Source: a bacterium
Lineage (GTDB): Bacteria > UBA8248
Length of the DNA: 64,000 bases
Reading direction: 5' to 3'
Assembly: GCA_965261085.1 (NCBI GenBank)
Contig: OZ253442.1
Location: 2,728,445 to 2,792,444, forward strand
Shown here one piece after another: positions 46,458-54,689 of the stretch. Below the pieces are notes generated by a model. The model searched no databases. It saw only the letters and a list, made by a program, of their open reading frames with translations, and was not told where the DNA came from. The translations under genes and the position numbers were made by a program. Within the stretch, counting starts at the first letter, position 1. Each line of letters opens with the position of its first letter.

Positions 46458-46883
46458 CTACACCTGCCTCGGATGCAGTTCTTCGTACTTACCGTGGTCC
46501 GTGTCGATGCCCGCCATATGGCGAAATATCTCTTCATATCCCGGGGGTGAGAACATCCAGAGGAGTTTCAGGGGAACGTCGCCCGTGTTCCTGAGGCCAT
46601 GCGTCACGCCCACGGGCAGAAAGGCGGTCATGCCCGCCTTGACGTGATGGACCTCGCCGTCCACTTCCACCTCGGCTTCCCCTTCGTGGAAGAACAGGAT
46701 TTCCTCTTCTTTTTCATGAAGATGGACGGGGATGCCGCCGCCGACGGGGATGTCCTGATTCCCCATACTGAGCATTCGGGAGTTCGTATTCCGGGGGTCG
46801 ATGAGAATACGCCAGCCCCGGGGCAATTCGATGTCTTCCATCTCGATCTTTTCGCCGTCGTCCCAATTGAACACGTATGACAT
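46458..46883 (-). CDS. Cupin domain protein
   Basis: 141 aa with the ..GGGIPVHLHEKEEEILFFHEGEAEV.. and ..LPVGVTHGLRN.. cupin motifs 1 and 2. Confidence 0.8.
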   Translation of the reverse strand: MSYVFNWDDGEKIEMEDIELPRGWRILIDPRNTNSRMLSMGNQDIPVGGGIPVHLHEKEEEILFFHEGEAEVEVDGEVHHVKAGMTAFLPVGVTHGLRNTGDVPLKLLWMFSPPGYEEIFRHMAGIDTDHGKYEELHPRQV

Positions 46884-46945
46884 GCGGATTCCCTCCCCAG
46901 CCTTGGCGCTCGCGTGGGCGTGGGGCGCACCGGGTGAGCGGCGCG

Positions 46946-47983
46946 TCAGGCCATCGCGGGCGCGACCTCTTTGGCGAATCTCTCCAGAAGTCTGAGAGAC
47001 TCCTCGTGTTTCATCCCGTCGCCGTAAACGCCGAGAATCACGTGGTTCAGCCCAAAATCGTCCCTTAATCGATAAAGCTCCTGAATGTTCTCTTTCGCGG
47101 AGCCGATGACGCCGCCGCCTTTCAAGAACTCGCGCACGTCAAGCTTGTAGCTCCAGTTGCGCCGGAGGTGCCTCCCCTCCTCGTCCGTGAACTCCACCTC
47201 GTTCACCCTGGAGCGGTATTCGAGATAGGAGGAAAGCCCGCGCTCGAAAGTTTTCAGATAATCGGCCTGCTCGTTGTCCTCACAGACGTAGAAGCGATGC
47301 GTCATGGTGTAGTCGATGTCGGAGGTATCTCCCCCGGCCGCCGCCACGGCCTCCTCGTAGAGCTTCATCTTCTCGCGGTAGACTTTAGGGCCTTTGAAGC
47401 CGGCCGAGGCCATGATCTTGAACCCGTTCTCGCCTGCGTAGGTGTAGGTCTCGGGACTCGTTCCGGCGAGCCAGATGGGCGGCCTCGGCTTTTGGATGGG
47501 TCGGGGGAAAATCTGCACGTCCTTGCACTGGTAATACTCGCCCTCGAAGGTCATCTGCTCGCCTTCCAGGAGCCTCGAGACGATCTCCATGCCTTCTACG
47601 AGGCGCTTTCTGCTCTCGGAGGGTTTTACGCCGAAAGTCTTGAATTCCTTGGGCTGGGAACCCCGGCCCACGCCCAGTTCCAGCCGTCCGCCGCTAAGCA
47701 GATCGACCACCGCCGCCTGCTCGGCAAGACGCACTGGATTGTGGAAAGGCATGATGGAAATCGCCGTGCCCAGGCGGATGTTTTTCGTCTTCTGCGCCAG
47801 CGCCGCGCACCATAGCAGCGGGTCGGGGCACATACCAACTTTTGAGAAATGATGCTCCGCGAACCAGGCGCAGTAGTAGCCTAGTTCATCCGCCGCCTGG
47901 CACTGCTCCATCACCTTCTGGTAGGCGTCGGCTTCTGATTCATCCCCCTCGGGACAAATCACGTAAAAAATCGAGAATTTCAT
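46946..47983 (-). CDS. LLM-class flavin-dependent oxidoreductase (luciferase-like monooxygenase)
   Basis: MKFSIFY..., ..AWFAEHHF.., ..GRLELGVGRG.., ..PPIWLAGTSPET... Confidence 0.85.
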   Translation of the reverse strand: MKFSIFYVICPEGDESEADAYQKVMEQCQAADELGYYCAWFAEHHFSKVGMCPDPLLWCAALAQKTKNIRLGTAISIMPFHNPVRLAEQAAVVDLLSGGRLELGVGRGSQPKEFKTFGVKPSESRKRLVEGMEIVSRLLEGEQMTFEGEYYQCKDVQIFPRPIQKPRPPIWLAGTSPETYTYAGENGFKIMASAGFKGPKVYREKMKLYEEAVAAAGGDTSDIDYTMTHRFYVCEDNEQADYLKTFERGLSSYLEYRSRVNEVEFTDEEGRHLRRNWSYKLDVREFLKGGGVIGSAKENIQELYRLRDDFGLNHVILGVYGDGMKHEESLRLLERFAKEVAPAMA

Positions 47984-48173
47984 GTCACCTCATCCTTCGT
48001 CTTCTTGCTGAATACGTAGTCTTGACACCGCTCCCCCCCCTTCTCGGGCGGTATTATCGTCTCATAGAACTCCCAAGCTACCATCTTATTCACGGCCTGA
48101 GAAGCGCTCAAGCCTTGGGCGACAATTTTTCCGACCTGGGCTAGGATGAGGCCTCATTCAGAGGAGAAATTAC

Positions 48174-48923
48174 ATGCGTTTCGAGAACAAGACCATCATC
48201 GTTACGGGCGCGGGAGGAGGTATCGGCCGGGCGGGCGCGCTCAGGCTCGCGCGCGAGGGTGCGCACGTCATCTGTATGGACATCGCCGATTCACGCGAGG
48301 ATACCGCGAGGCGCATCAAAGAATGCGGCGTTGGCAGTGCGAACGCGATGGCCTTCGACGCATTCGACTCTGAAGACGTGAAACGAGTCTTTCAGGAGGC
48401 GATTTCGACGCACGGGCCAATTGATGGCCTCGTCAACTGCGTCGGAGGGGGGCTTCCCCTCTCGGCGCTGGATATCGACGAGGACGCCTTCGATAAAATG
48501 TTCGACATGAACGTGAAGACCACCTACCGCGCCTGTTGGGCGGTGCTGCCCCACATGCAGGAGCGAAGGAGCGGCAAAATCGTCAATTTCTCCTCCGTCG
48601 CGGGCCGCTCGGCCAGCGTGCTCCAGGGGCCGCACTACTCAAGCGCCAAGGCCGCCGTCATCGGACTGACGCGCCATCTGGCGCGCGAGTTCGGCCCGCA
48701 CAACATCAACGTGAACGCCATCGCCCCGGGCGTCGTCGGCACCGAGCGCATCCTGGAGCAAATGAGCGATGCGCAAAGGCAAAAAACAGAAGCCGCCACT
48801 CCCCTTGGCCGCATCGCTACGCCTGAGGACATCGCGGGCGTCGTCGCCTTTCTCGCCTCGGACGACGCGCGCCACGTCACCGGCGTCACCATCGACGTGA
48901 ACGGGGGATTTTTCCTGGCCTAG
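48174..48923 (+). CDS. SDR family oxidoreductase (FabG-like)
   Basis: TGAGGGIG, ..NCVGG.., S..YSSAKAA, ..AIAPG... Confidence 0.9.
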   Translation: MRFENKTIIVTGAGGGIGRAGALRLAREGAHVICMDIADSREDTARRIKECGVGSANAMAFDAFDSEDVKRVFQEAISTHGPIDGLVNCVGGGLPLSALDIDEDAFDKMFDMNVKTTYRACWAVLPHMQERRSGKIVNFSSVAGRSASVLQGPHYSSAKAAVIGLTRHLAREFGPHNINVNAIAPGVVGTERILEQMSDAQRQKTEAATPLGRIATPEDIAGVVAFLASDDARHVTGVTIDVNGGFFLA

Positions 48924-49200
48924 ATGGTGGGGATTTTTCCGGGCGCCGTCACCTTGATATAGCCTGCGCATCGACCCAAAGCGTGTATCCGATTCGGGAA
49001 AGTATTCACGCCCCCGAAGCAGAATTTCAGCAGGAGGCATCAGCGTCCAGGGGCATACCTCTCCAACTTGGCGTTATCCCTCGGTAGATTCCGCTTCCAG
49101 AGGCGCAGCGTTTTTCAGGTATTTCATCTGACTTTCCTCCTTGGTGAATAGTAATGCACGAAATAAAACGATTCCCAGAATCTACGTACAATAACGGGAA

Positions 49201-49704
49201 TCAAGAAATTTCATCTTCTTCACGAAACGTGTCGATATCGCAATACAACTCGATGTAGTTACCGTCCGGGTCGCAGAAATAAAAAGCGCGGTTGCCGCTG
49301 CCCTGCTCGAACCCGTCTCCCTCGGGCCCATGCACCAAAGGGCCGTATTCAATCTTGACGCCGCACTCTTTCACATGCCGAAGCGCCTTGAGCCACTCTC
49401 CCCGGTTCAGCACTTCGAAGGCCAGGTGCTGAAAACCCGGCTTGGCCTCCGCCATGGAATTACCTGATTCGGGATAGAGCCCCGAGGCATCTTCCGGGGC
49501 CTGAAAGAATACGACTTCATGGTGGGTGATATCGCAGCGCAAAAATACAGAAGCGCCTCCCGGCACCATTACTCCCGGGCCGCTTCTGCTCGTTACCTTG
49601 AAACCCAGCACCCGGGTGTAGAAATCCTCCATCCGGGCCAGATCTTTCGTCCAGAATCCGACGTGCCCTATCTTTGTCGTCTTGAACATAAACGCTCGGT
49701 TCAT
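49201..49704 (-). CDS. VOC family protein (glyoxalase/extradiol dioxygenase fold), paralog of 35092..35694
   Basis: ..IGHVGFWTKDLARMEDFYTRVLGF.., ..QHLAFEV.., ..YFCDPDGNYIELY... Start at ATG 49704 or 49689. Confidence 0.8.
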   Translation of the reverse strand: MNRAFMFKTTKIGHVGFWTKDLARMEDFYTRVLGFKVTSRSGPGVMVPGGASVFLRCDITHHEVVFFQAPEDASGLYPESGNSMAEAKPGFQHLAFEVLNRGEWLKALRHVKECGVKIEYGPLVHGPEGDGFEQGSGNRAFYFCDPDGNYIELYCDIDTFREEDEIS

Positions 49705-49894
49705 TCTCGGGCGAATATCGAGAGGAACAAACAAATAAACTGCGCCTTCGGCATCGCCCATACAACCATGTATGAAATCAAAATTCCGTATGGAAAAATC
49801 TTAAATCATACCGGACGGTTAAATCAAGAAACATCACCGTTTTGCGATAAAAACCAAACCGTACGGATGGGCCTCGAAAACGGCATGAATCTCC

Positions 49895-51250
49895 TTATCC
49901 GATATCCGGAAATTCAGAGACCCAGCCCAGTTCCGCCTCACACCAGCGGGCGGCGGAGAGAAGAGCGGCCTCACCGAAACGGCGTCCGCCCAGTTGAATC
50001 CCGATGGGTAGATTCTCATCTCCCCTGCCCACGGGAAGGGTGATAGCCGGAAACCCGATTTGCGTGAAGGGCTCGTTGAACAGGGCGTTTCCGGTAGATT
50101 CCTCGGCGATGGGGGGGCGCTCCACTTGGGAGGGCAAGATGACGAGGTCGAAGTTTTGGAAAAAATCCTCCATCCTCTGAATGAAGCGGGCGCGAAAGCG
50201 CAGGGCGTTCACGTAGTGAACCGCAGGCGTCATGAGGCCCGTGGAGATATTTTTTCGAATCTGGGAAGCATAGGCGTCTTGATTCTCCAGAAACATCTTG
50301 TCGTGATAGGCGGCCGCCTCGACGCGCATGATGATGCGGTGCGCCGCGTGCATCTCGTCCACTTCCACCGGTAGTTTTGCTTCCTGCACGTCCACGCCAT
50401 AGGCTTTCAAGCTCGCGACGCACTCTTCTATGCGTCCGGCCACCTCTTCGCTCGCATGCGGGAGGAGATCCTCTTTCCAGAAACATGCCCGCTTCGGTTT
50501 CGCCGGTGCTGAGGCTTGGGCGTAATCGGGCACCGCGACGTCGGGCGCTTGGGCGTCAAGCCCATCCGCGCCTGAAATGGCCGTCAGAACGCGCGCCGCA
50601 TCCTCGGCGCACCTTGTAATGACGCCCACGTGGTCCAGATTCCAGGAGACCGTGATCAGCCCGCTTCTCGGTATCCGGCCATAGGTGGGCTTGAGCCCCA
50701 CTACCCCGCAAAACGCAGAAGGCCGCAAGGTCGATCCACCCGTCTGGCTCCCCAGAGCCGCCGGGACCATTCCTGTGGCAACGGCGGCTGCGGAGCCGCT
50801 GCTCGAGCCACCCGGGCTTCTCTTGAAATTCCATGGATTTCGCGTTTCCGAGGGATCGGAGGTGGCGAATTGCGTGGTGACCGTCTTGCCGAGGCATAGC
50901 GCGCCCGCATTTTTCAAGCGCGTCGTGACGGTGGCGTCCTCATCCGCTATATAGCCTTTGAGCAGAGGAGAGTTCGCCTCGCGCGGCAGACCGACGACGT
51001 CCACGATGTCCTTATAGCCGATGGCGGCGCCCCCGAGCGCACCACTCCCCTGCCCGTCGGCAAGACGCTCATCGACAGCCTTCGCACCTGCGAGCGCGCC
51101 CTCCCTGTCCACGTGCGCCCACGCCAGGAGTTTTCCATCGAGCGCATCGACCCGCTCCAGCAAAGAACGCGTCCATTCAGTAGCGGACAAGCCGCCTTCC
51201 TCGATTTTTCTCAGCCCATCAGAGAGGCTTAAACGCCAAGGTTCACTCAT
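49895..51250 (-). CDS. Amidase-signature enzyme (GatA/AtzE-like amidase)
   Basis: GGSSSGSAAAVATG amidase signature with Ser-cisSer-Lys context (..IGYKDI.., ..GSQTGGSTLRPSAFCGVVGLKPTYGR..). Confidence 0.9.
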   Translation of the reverse strand: MSEPWRLSLSDGLRKIEEGGLSATEWTRSLLERVDALDGKLLAWAHVDREGALAGAKAVDERLADGQGSGALGGAAIGYKDIVDVVGLPREANSPLLKGYIADEDATVTTRLKNAGALCLGKTVTTQFATSDPSETRNPWNFKRSPGGSSSGSAAAVATGMVPAALGSQTGGSTLRPSAFCGVVGLKPTYGRIPRSGLITVSWNLDHVGVITRCAEDAARVLTAISGADGLDAQAPDVAVPDYAQASAPAKPKRACFWKEDLLPHASEEVAGRIEECVASLKAYGVDVQEAKLPVEVDEMHAAHRIIMRVEAAAYHDKMFLENQDAYASQIRKNISTGLMTPAVHYVNALRFRARFIQRMEDFFQNFDLVILPSQVERPPIAEESTGNALFNEPFTQIGFPAITLPVGRGDENLPIGIQLGGRRFGEAALLSAARWCEAELGWVSEFPDIG

Positions 51251-51286
51251 TTTTCACTCCCCTACTTTTGTATCGTTCGCCATGAC

Positions 51287-51460
51287 TCATCTATCGAGTT
51301 CTTCGAGTTTTTCCAGTATTTCGAGCAGATGAGGCTTTCCCCCCGCCGGTGGCCGCCAACGTACGTGCGTCACGGCCACGTTCTGGCTCTTTAGTTCATC
51401 CGCGAATATCTCTAGCCCCAGATTAACGACCCGGAGCGGTTTTTGACGCAAATCTTTCAT
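51287..51460 (-). CDS. 57-codon ORF in frame with fdrA, separated from it by TAG-ACC; either a detached FdrA C-terminal segment or an independent small gene
   Basis: Below the track's length cut-off. MKDLRQKPLRVVNLGLEIFADELKSQNVAVTHVRWRPPAGGKPHLLEILEKLEELDR. The sequence looks like a folded protein rather than random translation. Confidence 0.35.
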   Translation of the reverse strand: MKDLRQKPLRVVNLGLEIFADELKSQNVAVTHVRWRPPAGGKPHLLEILEKLEELDR

Positions 51461-51463
51461 GGT

Positions 51464-52951
51464 CTATGCGTCCTCCACCAAATCAGGCCGCAATAAGGCA
51501 GCGGCGAAGCGCGTCGCCTGTGCGTTCGAGGGCAGGACCACGACGCCGACCTCTTCCAAAATCCGCATCTGCTCATCCATATCTTGTGGATCATCGGCCG
51601 TTCCCACCACCGAGGCGACGAAAACCAAATCCTTCGCCTTCTTTCTCACCTCTTTTATCGCGCGCGCCAGAGGGACCGCCGGGTCCTGCGCGCTTGCCCC
51701 GCCCAGCATCAGATCGAACAAGATCACCCCGACGCTATCATCCGTCGCAGATTGCACGATGAGTTCCGCGCGGGACTCGGGGTCTATCATGGGATGGGGT
51801 TTCCCTACCGTATAACGATCATCTCCCAGGTCGAGAACCCGGTGGCGGCCCGCCTCCTCGTTCCAGGACACACCGCCGAGCAACGACTCCAGAATCAGAT
51901 AGCTCTCGTGGGCAAGCGTGCCGCCGGAGAAAAGCCCCAGAACGCCCCCGCCTTTCGGCTTCAAGGAAGTGATTTTCTCCTTCAGCCCAGCCTGAGCGAA
52001 GAAATTTTCCGGCTCGTATCTCTCACCTTTCAAAATCGCCGCCACGGCGTGGCCCGCATCCTCCAGAGTCTCCGCCCATCCCGGGTTTCGCGCACCCAAA
52101 AAGCAGACGACATGCGGCTTATTGAAGTTTTTGAGCGCCTCTTCGATCTTGCGCAATACCTCCACATCGGGCGGCTTGGATATGAGCGCCACGATTTCTG
52201 TATCAGGATCACTCGATAAAAAATCGAGCGCGTGAAGTGTCATCAAACCGCCCACCTCGGCGGATAAATCACGTCCGCCCACGCCTATGCCGTGGGAAAT
52301 TCCCTCGCCCAGGGCATCGAGTTGTGAAACGAGAGACTGAAGACCGGTACCCGAAGCGGCAATGCAACCCACGCGTCCGGGTTTCACCACGTTGGCGAAA
52401 CCGAGTCCTACGCCGCCGATGTGCGCCGTTCCGCAGTCAGGGCCCATCAGGAGAAGACCGCGCTTGATGGCCTCTCGCTTGAGCGCCACCTCATCATCCA
52501 CCGGCACGTTGTCGCTGAACAGGAATACATGGAGCCCGCTGCGCAGGGCGCTCATGGCCTCTTTTGGGGCATAGGCGCCGGGCACGGAAATCATCGCGAG
52601 GTTCGAATCAGGCGCTGCGGCGAGCGCTCCCGCCAAGCTCGAGGGCGAAAAATCGCTCACGCCGCCACCGACGACCCGTTCTTGCGTCAAAAGGGCTTTC
52701 GCCTCTTCAATCGCTTCCAGCGCGAGTTCTAACGAATCCGCCTCAACGGCGAGAACCAGATCATTCGGCCCGGCATCGACCTTGTTTTCCTCGGCCAATC
52801 CCGCCTGAAGCAAGATATCCCGATTCGCAGGCGTGCCCATGAGCGCCGCCATCTCGGCTATACCCGGCTTTTTGCGAATCTCGCGCGCGAGGCGCATCAA
52901 TTTAACGGAGTCCTGGTAGAACGAAGGGAGTACGAGCCTTGCGAATGGCAA
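51464..52951 (-). CDS. fdrA: FdrA family protein (succinyl-CoA-synthetase-alpha-like acyl-CoA synthetase fold)
   Basis: MPFARLVLPSFYQDSVKLMRLAREI... plus CoA-ligase-like glycine-rich segments (..LMGPDCGTAHIGGVGLGFAN.., ..IAASGTGLQ.., ..GIGVGGRDL..). Confidence 0.8.
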   Translation of the reverse strand: MPFARLVLPSFYQDSVKLMRLAREIRKKPGIAEMAALMGTPANRDILLQAGLAEENKVDAGPNDLVLAVEADSLELALEAIEEAKALLTQERVVGGGVSDFSPSSLAGALAAAPDSNLAMISVPGAYAPKEAMSALRSGLHVFLFSDNVPVDDEVALKREAIKRGLLLMGPDCGTAHIGGVGLGFANVVKPGRVGCIAASGTGLQSLVSQLDALGEGISHGIGVGGRDLSAEVGGLMTLHALDFLSSDPDTEIVALISKPPDVEVLRKIEEALKNFNKPHVVCFLGARNPGWAETLEDAGHAVAAILKGERYEPENFFAQAGLKEKITSLKPKGGGVLGLFSGGTLAHESYLILESLLGGVSWNEEAGRHRVLDLGDDRYTVGKPHPMIDPESRAELIVQSATDDSVGVILFDLMLGGASAQDPAVPLARAIKEVRKKAKDLVFVASVVGTADDPQDMDEQMRILEEVGVVVLPSNAQATRFAAALLRPDLVEDA

Positions 52952-52952
52952 T

Positions 52953-53138
52953 TTATTTTACTTCTTGGGCGGGCGGGGCGAAAGGCTCTTGCGTTTTCTC
53001 GATTGAGGCGGAAGACATCGTCAAGAGCATTTCCGCCACCTCATCCGCATAGGCGGCGACCCGCTCCTCATCCTCCAGGCCGAAAACGTCTTGCGCCATC
53101 CGCCCGATTTGCGCAGCAATCTTTGATTGATCGTTCAT
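52953..53138 (-). CDS. Small hypothetical protein (61 aa), possibly a GatC/AtzG-like amidase partner
   Basis: MNDQSKIAAQIGRMAQDVFGLEDEERVAAYADEVAEMLLTMSSASIEKTQEPFAPPAQEVK. Its ATG overlaps the ubiX stop (ATGA), and it ends 1 nt before the fdrA start. The rest of the 208-aa track ORF is an Arg-rich shadow over ubiX. Confidence 0.45.
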   Translation of the reverse strand: MNDQSKIAAQIGRMAQDVFGLEDEERVAAYADEVAEMLLTMSSASIEKTQEPFAPPAQEVK

Positions 53139-53749
53139 GTGCTCGTCTCCCCATTCTGACGCACCGCAAGGCTCTTTCGCTCGGGGTGCTGACCCCGCCA
53201 CTGCTCGAAGAGGTTTTGCTCGAGCCCCAGGCACGTCAGGGTCTTGCCCACGACGTGATCGATCAGATCCTCCATCGTCTGGGGCTTGAAGTAGAATCCC
53301 GGCGATGCAGGAAGAATGAAAACCCCCATCAACGCGAGTTTGTGCATGTTTTCCAGATGAATCGCCGAAAGCGGCATTTCGCGCGGCAAGAGAACGAGTT
53401 TTTTCTGTTCCTTGAGCATCACGTCCGCCGCGCGGCAGATGAGGTTTTCGCCTGTGCCTGTGGCAATCTGCCCGAGCGTCTTCAAGGAGCAAGGCGCTAT
53501 CACCATCGCATCGAAACCAGCGCTCCCGCTCGCGGGACGCGCCCCGATGTCGCTTTCGGGATGAACGACGCTCGCCCACGAAGACAGCCTGGCGAGGTCC
53601 ACATCCGTCTCATAGGCCAGAACACGAATCCCCACCTTGGAGACGACCAAGTGGGTCTCCACCTCGGGATACGCATCGTGTAAAACCTCCATGAGGCGCA
53701 CACCGTATATCGAGCCCGAAGCACCCGTTACGCCCACAACCAGTTTCAT
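53135..53749 (-). CDS. ubiX: UbiX-family flavin prenyltransferase
   Basis: MKLVVGVTGASGSIYGVRLMEVL..., ..APCSLKTLG.., ..RAADVMLKE.., ..LVLLPREMPLS... Confidence 0.9.
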   Translation of the reverse strand: MKLVVGVTGASGSIYGVRLMEVLHDAYPEVETHLVVSKVGIRVLAYETDVDLARLSSWASVVHPESDIGARPASGSAGFDAMVIAPCSLKTLGQIATGTGENLICRAADVMLKEQKKLVLLPREMPLSAIHLENMHKLALMGVFILPASPGFYFKPQTMEDLIDHVVGKTLTCLGLEQNLFEQWRGQHPERKSLAVRQNGETST

Positions 53750-53774
53750 CGGAAAACCCCGCTCTCCATGAGAT

Positions 53775-54665
53775 TCACAAGCGCGTCTTCGAAACCTTCT
53801 CGTAGTCACGATACAACAGGGTGAAATCTTTTTCGATCATTCCGCGTTTAACGGCTTTTTCCAGAAACTCTAGTGTGGCTTCCCCGTGCACCGTCTGCGC
53901 CCTGTGCTTCTTGCCCATTTTAACAGCCATACCGACGTCTTTGATCATGTTGTAGACGCGCGACTTGCCGTCCCATTTCTCGGACAATATGTGGTTCGGG
54001 AAGCGGAACTGGCTCGCGTAGCTCCTCGCGTTCGATACGTTGAACACGTTGATCATGTCCTCCACCTTGAGTCCCACCTTCTCCGCGAGTTTTCCTCCCT
54101 CGCAAGTCGCCATGAAGATGGAGTGGCAAACCATGTTGTGGATCAGCTTCATGGCATGGCCCGCGCCGCTTTCGCCCAGATAAAAAAGATCGTCGGCTAT
54201 CGGCTTCAAAAATATTTTCGTCCGGCGATACGCCTTCTCATCCCCGCCTATCATGAGCGTCAACGTGCCTGCGGCCGCACCCGTGGCGCCCCCACTCATG
54301 CCGGCGTCGAGATAAGCCACCCCCTTCGCCTTCGCGCGCCGGGCTATCTGACGGGTCACAGCAGGGTCCGAACTCGTGAAATCATATAGCACCAGATTCT
54401 TTCGCGCGTTCGCCAGAACACCCGTTTTTCCCTTCAAAGACTCATTGATTTCCGGCGACCCCGGGACCACGAAGAAGATGATGCCCGCCTGAGCGGCCAT
54501 CTCGCCCGGCTCCATTACCTCAACGCCTCGTTTTTTCTCCCATGGCTCCCTCGCCTCGGGAGCCACGTCCCAGACCATCAAGGGGGTTTTCGCCTTGTGC
54601 AGATTCCCGGTGACGCCGCGCCCCATGTTCCCCAAACCCACCACGCCTACTTTCGCTTGCGCCAT
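53775..54665 (-). CDS. NAD(P)-dependent beta-hydroxyacid dehydrogenase (HIBADH family), second copy
   Basis: VGVVGLGNMGRGV Rossmann motif, ..YLDAGMSGG.., ..GAGHAMKLIHN... Confidence 0.85.
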   Translation of the reverse strand: MAQAKVGVVGLGNMGRGVTGNLHKAKTPLMVWDVAPEAREPWEKKRGVEVMEPGEMAAQAGIIFFVVPGSPEINESLKGKTGVLANARKNLVLYDFTSSDPAVTRQIARRAKAKGVAYLDAGMSGGATGAAAGTLTLMIGGDEKAYRRTKIFLKPIADDLFYLGESGAGHAMKLIHNMVCHSIFMATCEGGKLAEKVGLKVEDMINVFNVSNARSYASQFRFPNHILSEKWDGKSRVYNMIKDVGMAVKMGKKHRAQTVHGEATLEFLEKAVKRGMIEKDFTLLYRDYEKVSKTRL

Positions 54666-54689
54666 CTTTCATTCCTCTCCTTGCCGTGT

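Noticed and set aside
51287-51289. TGA at the end of the 57-codon ORF as a third Sec site.
   Set aside because: Read-through gives only VMANDTKVGE and then another stop. There is no conserved Cys-type motif around it, and the amidase has its own start 36 nt downstream.
53139-53579. The upstream part of the 208-aa ORF 52953..53579 (-).
   Set aside because: It is Arg-rich (MGERRSSRKRHRGASRERERW...) and fully overlaps ubiX in another frame. Only the last 61 codons, starting at the ATGA junction with ubiX, look like a real gene.
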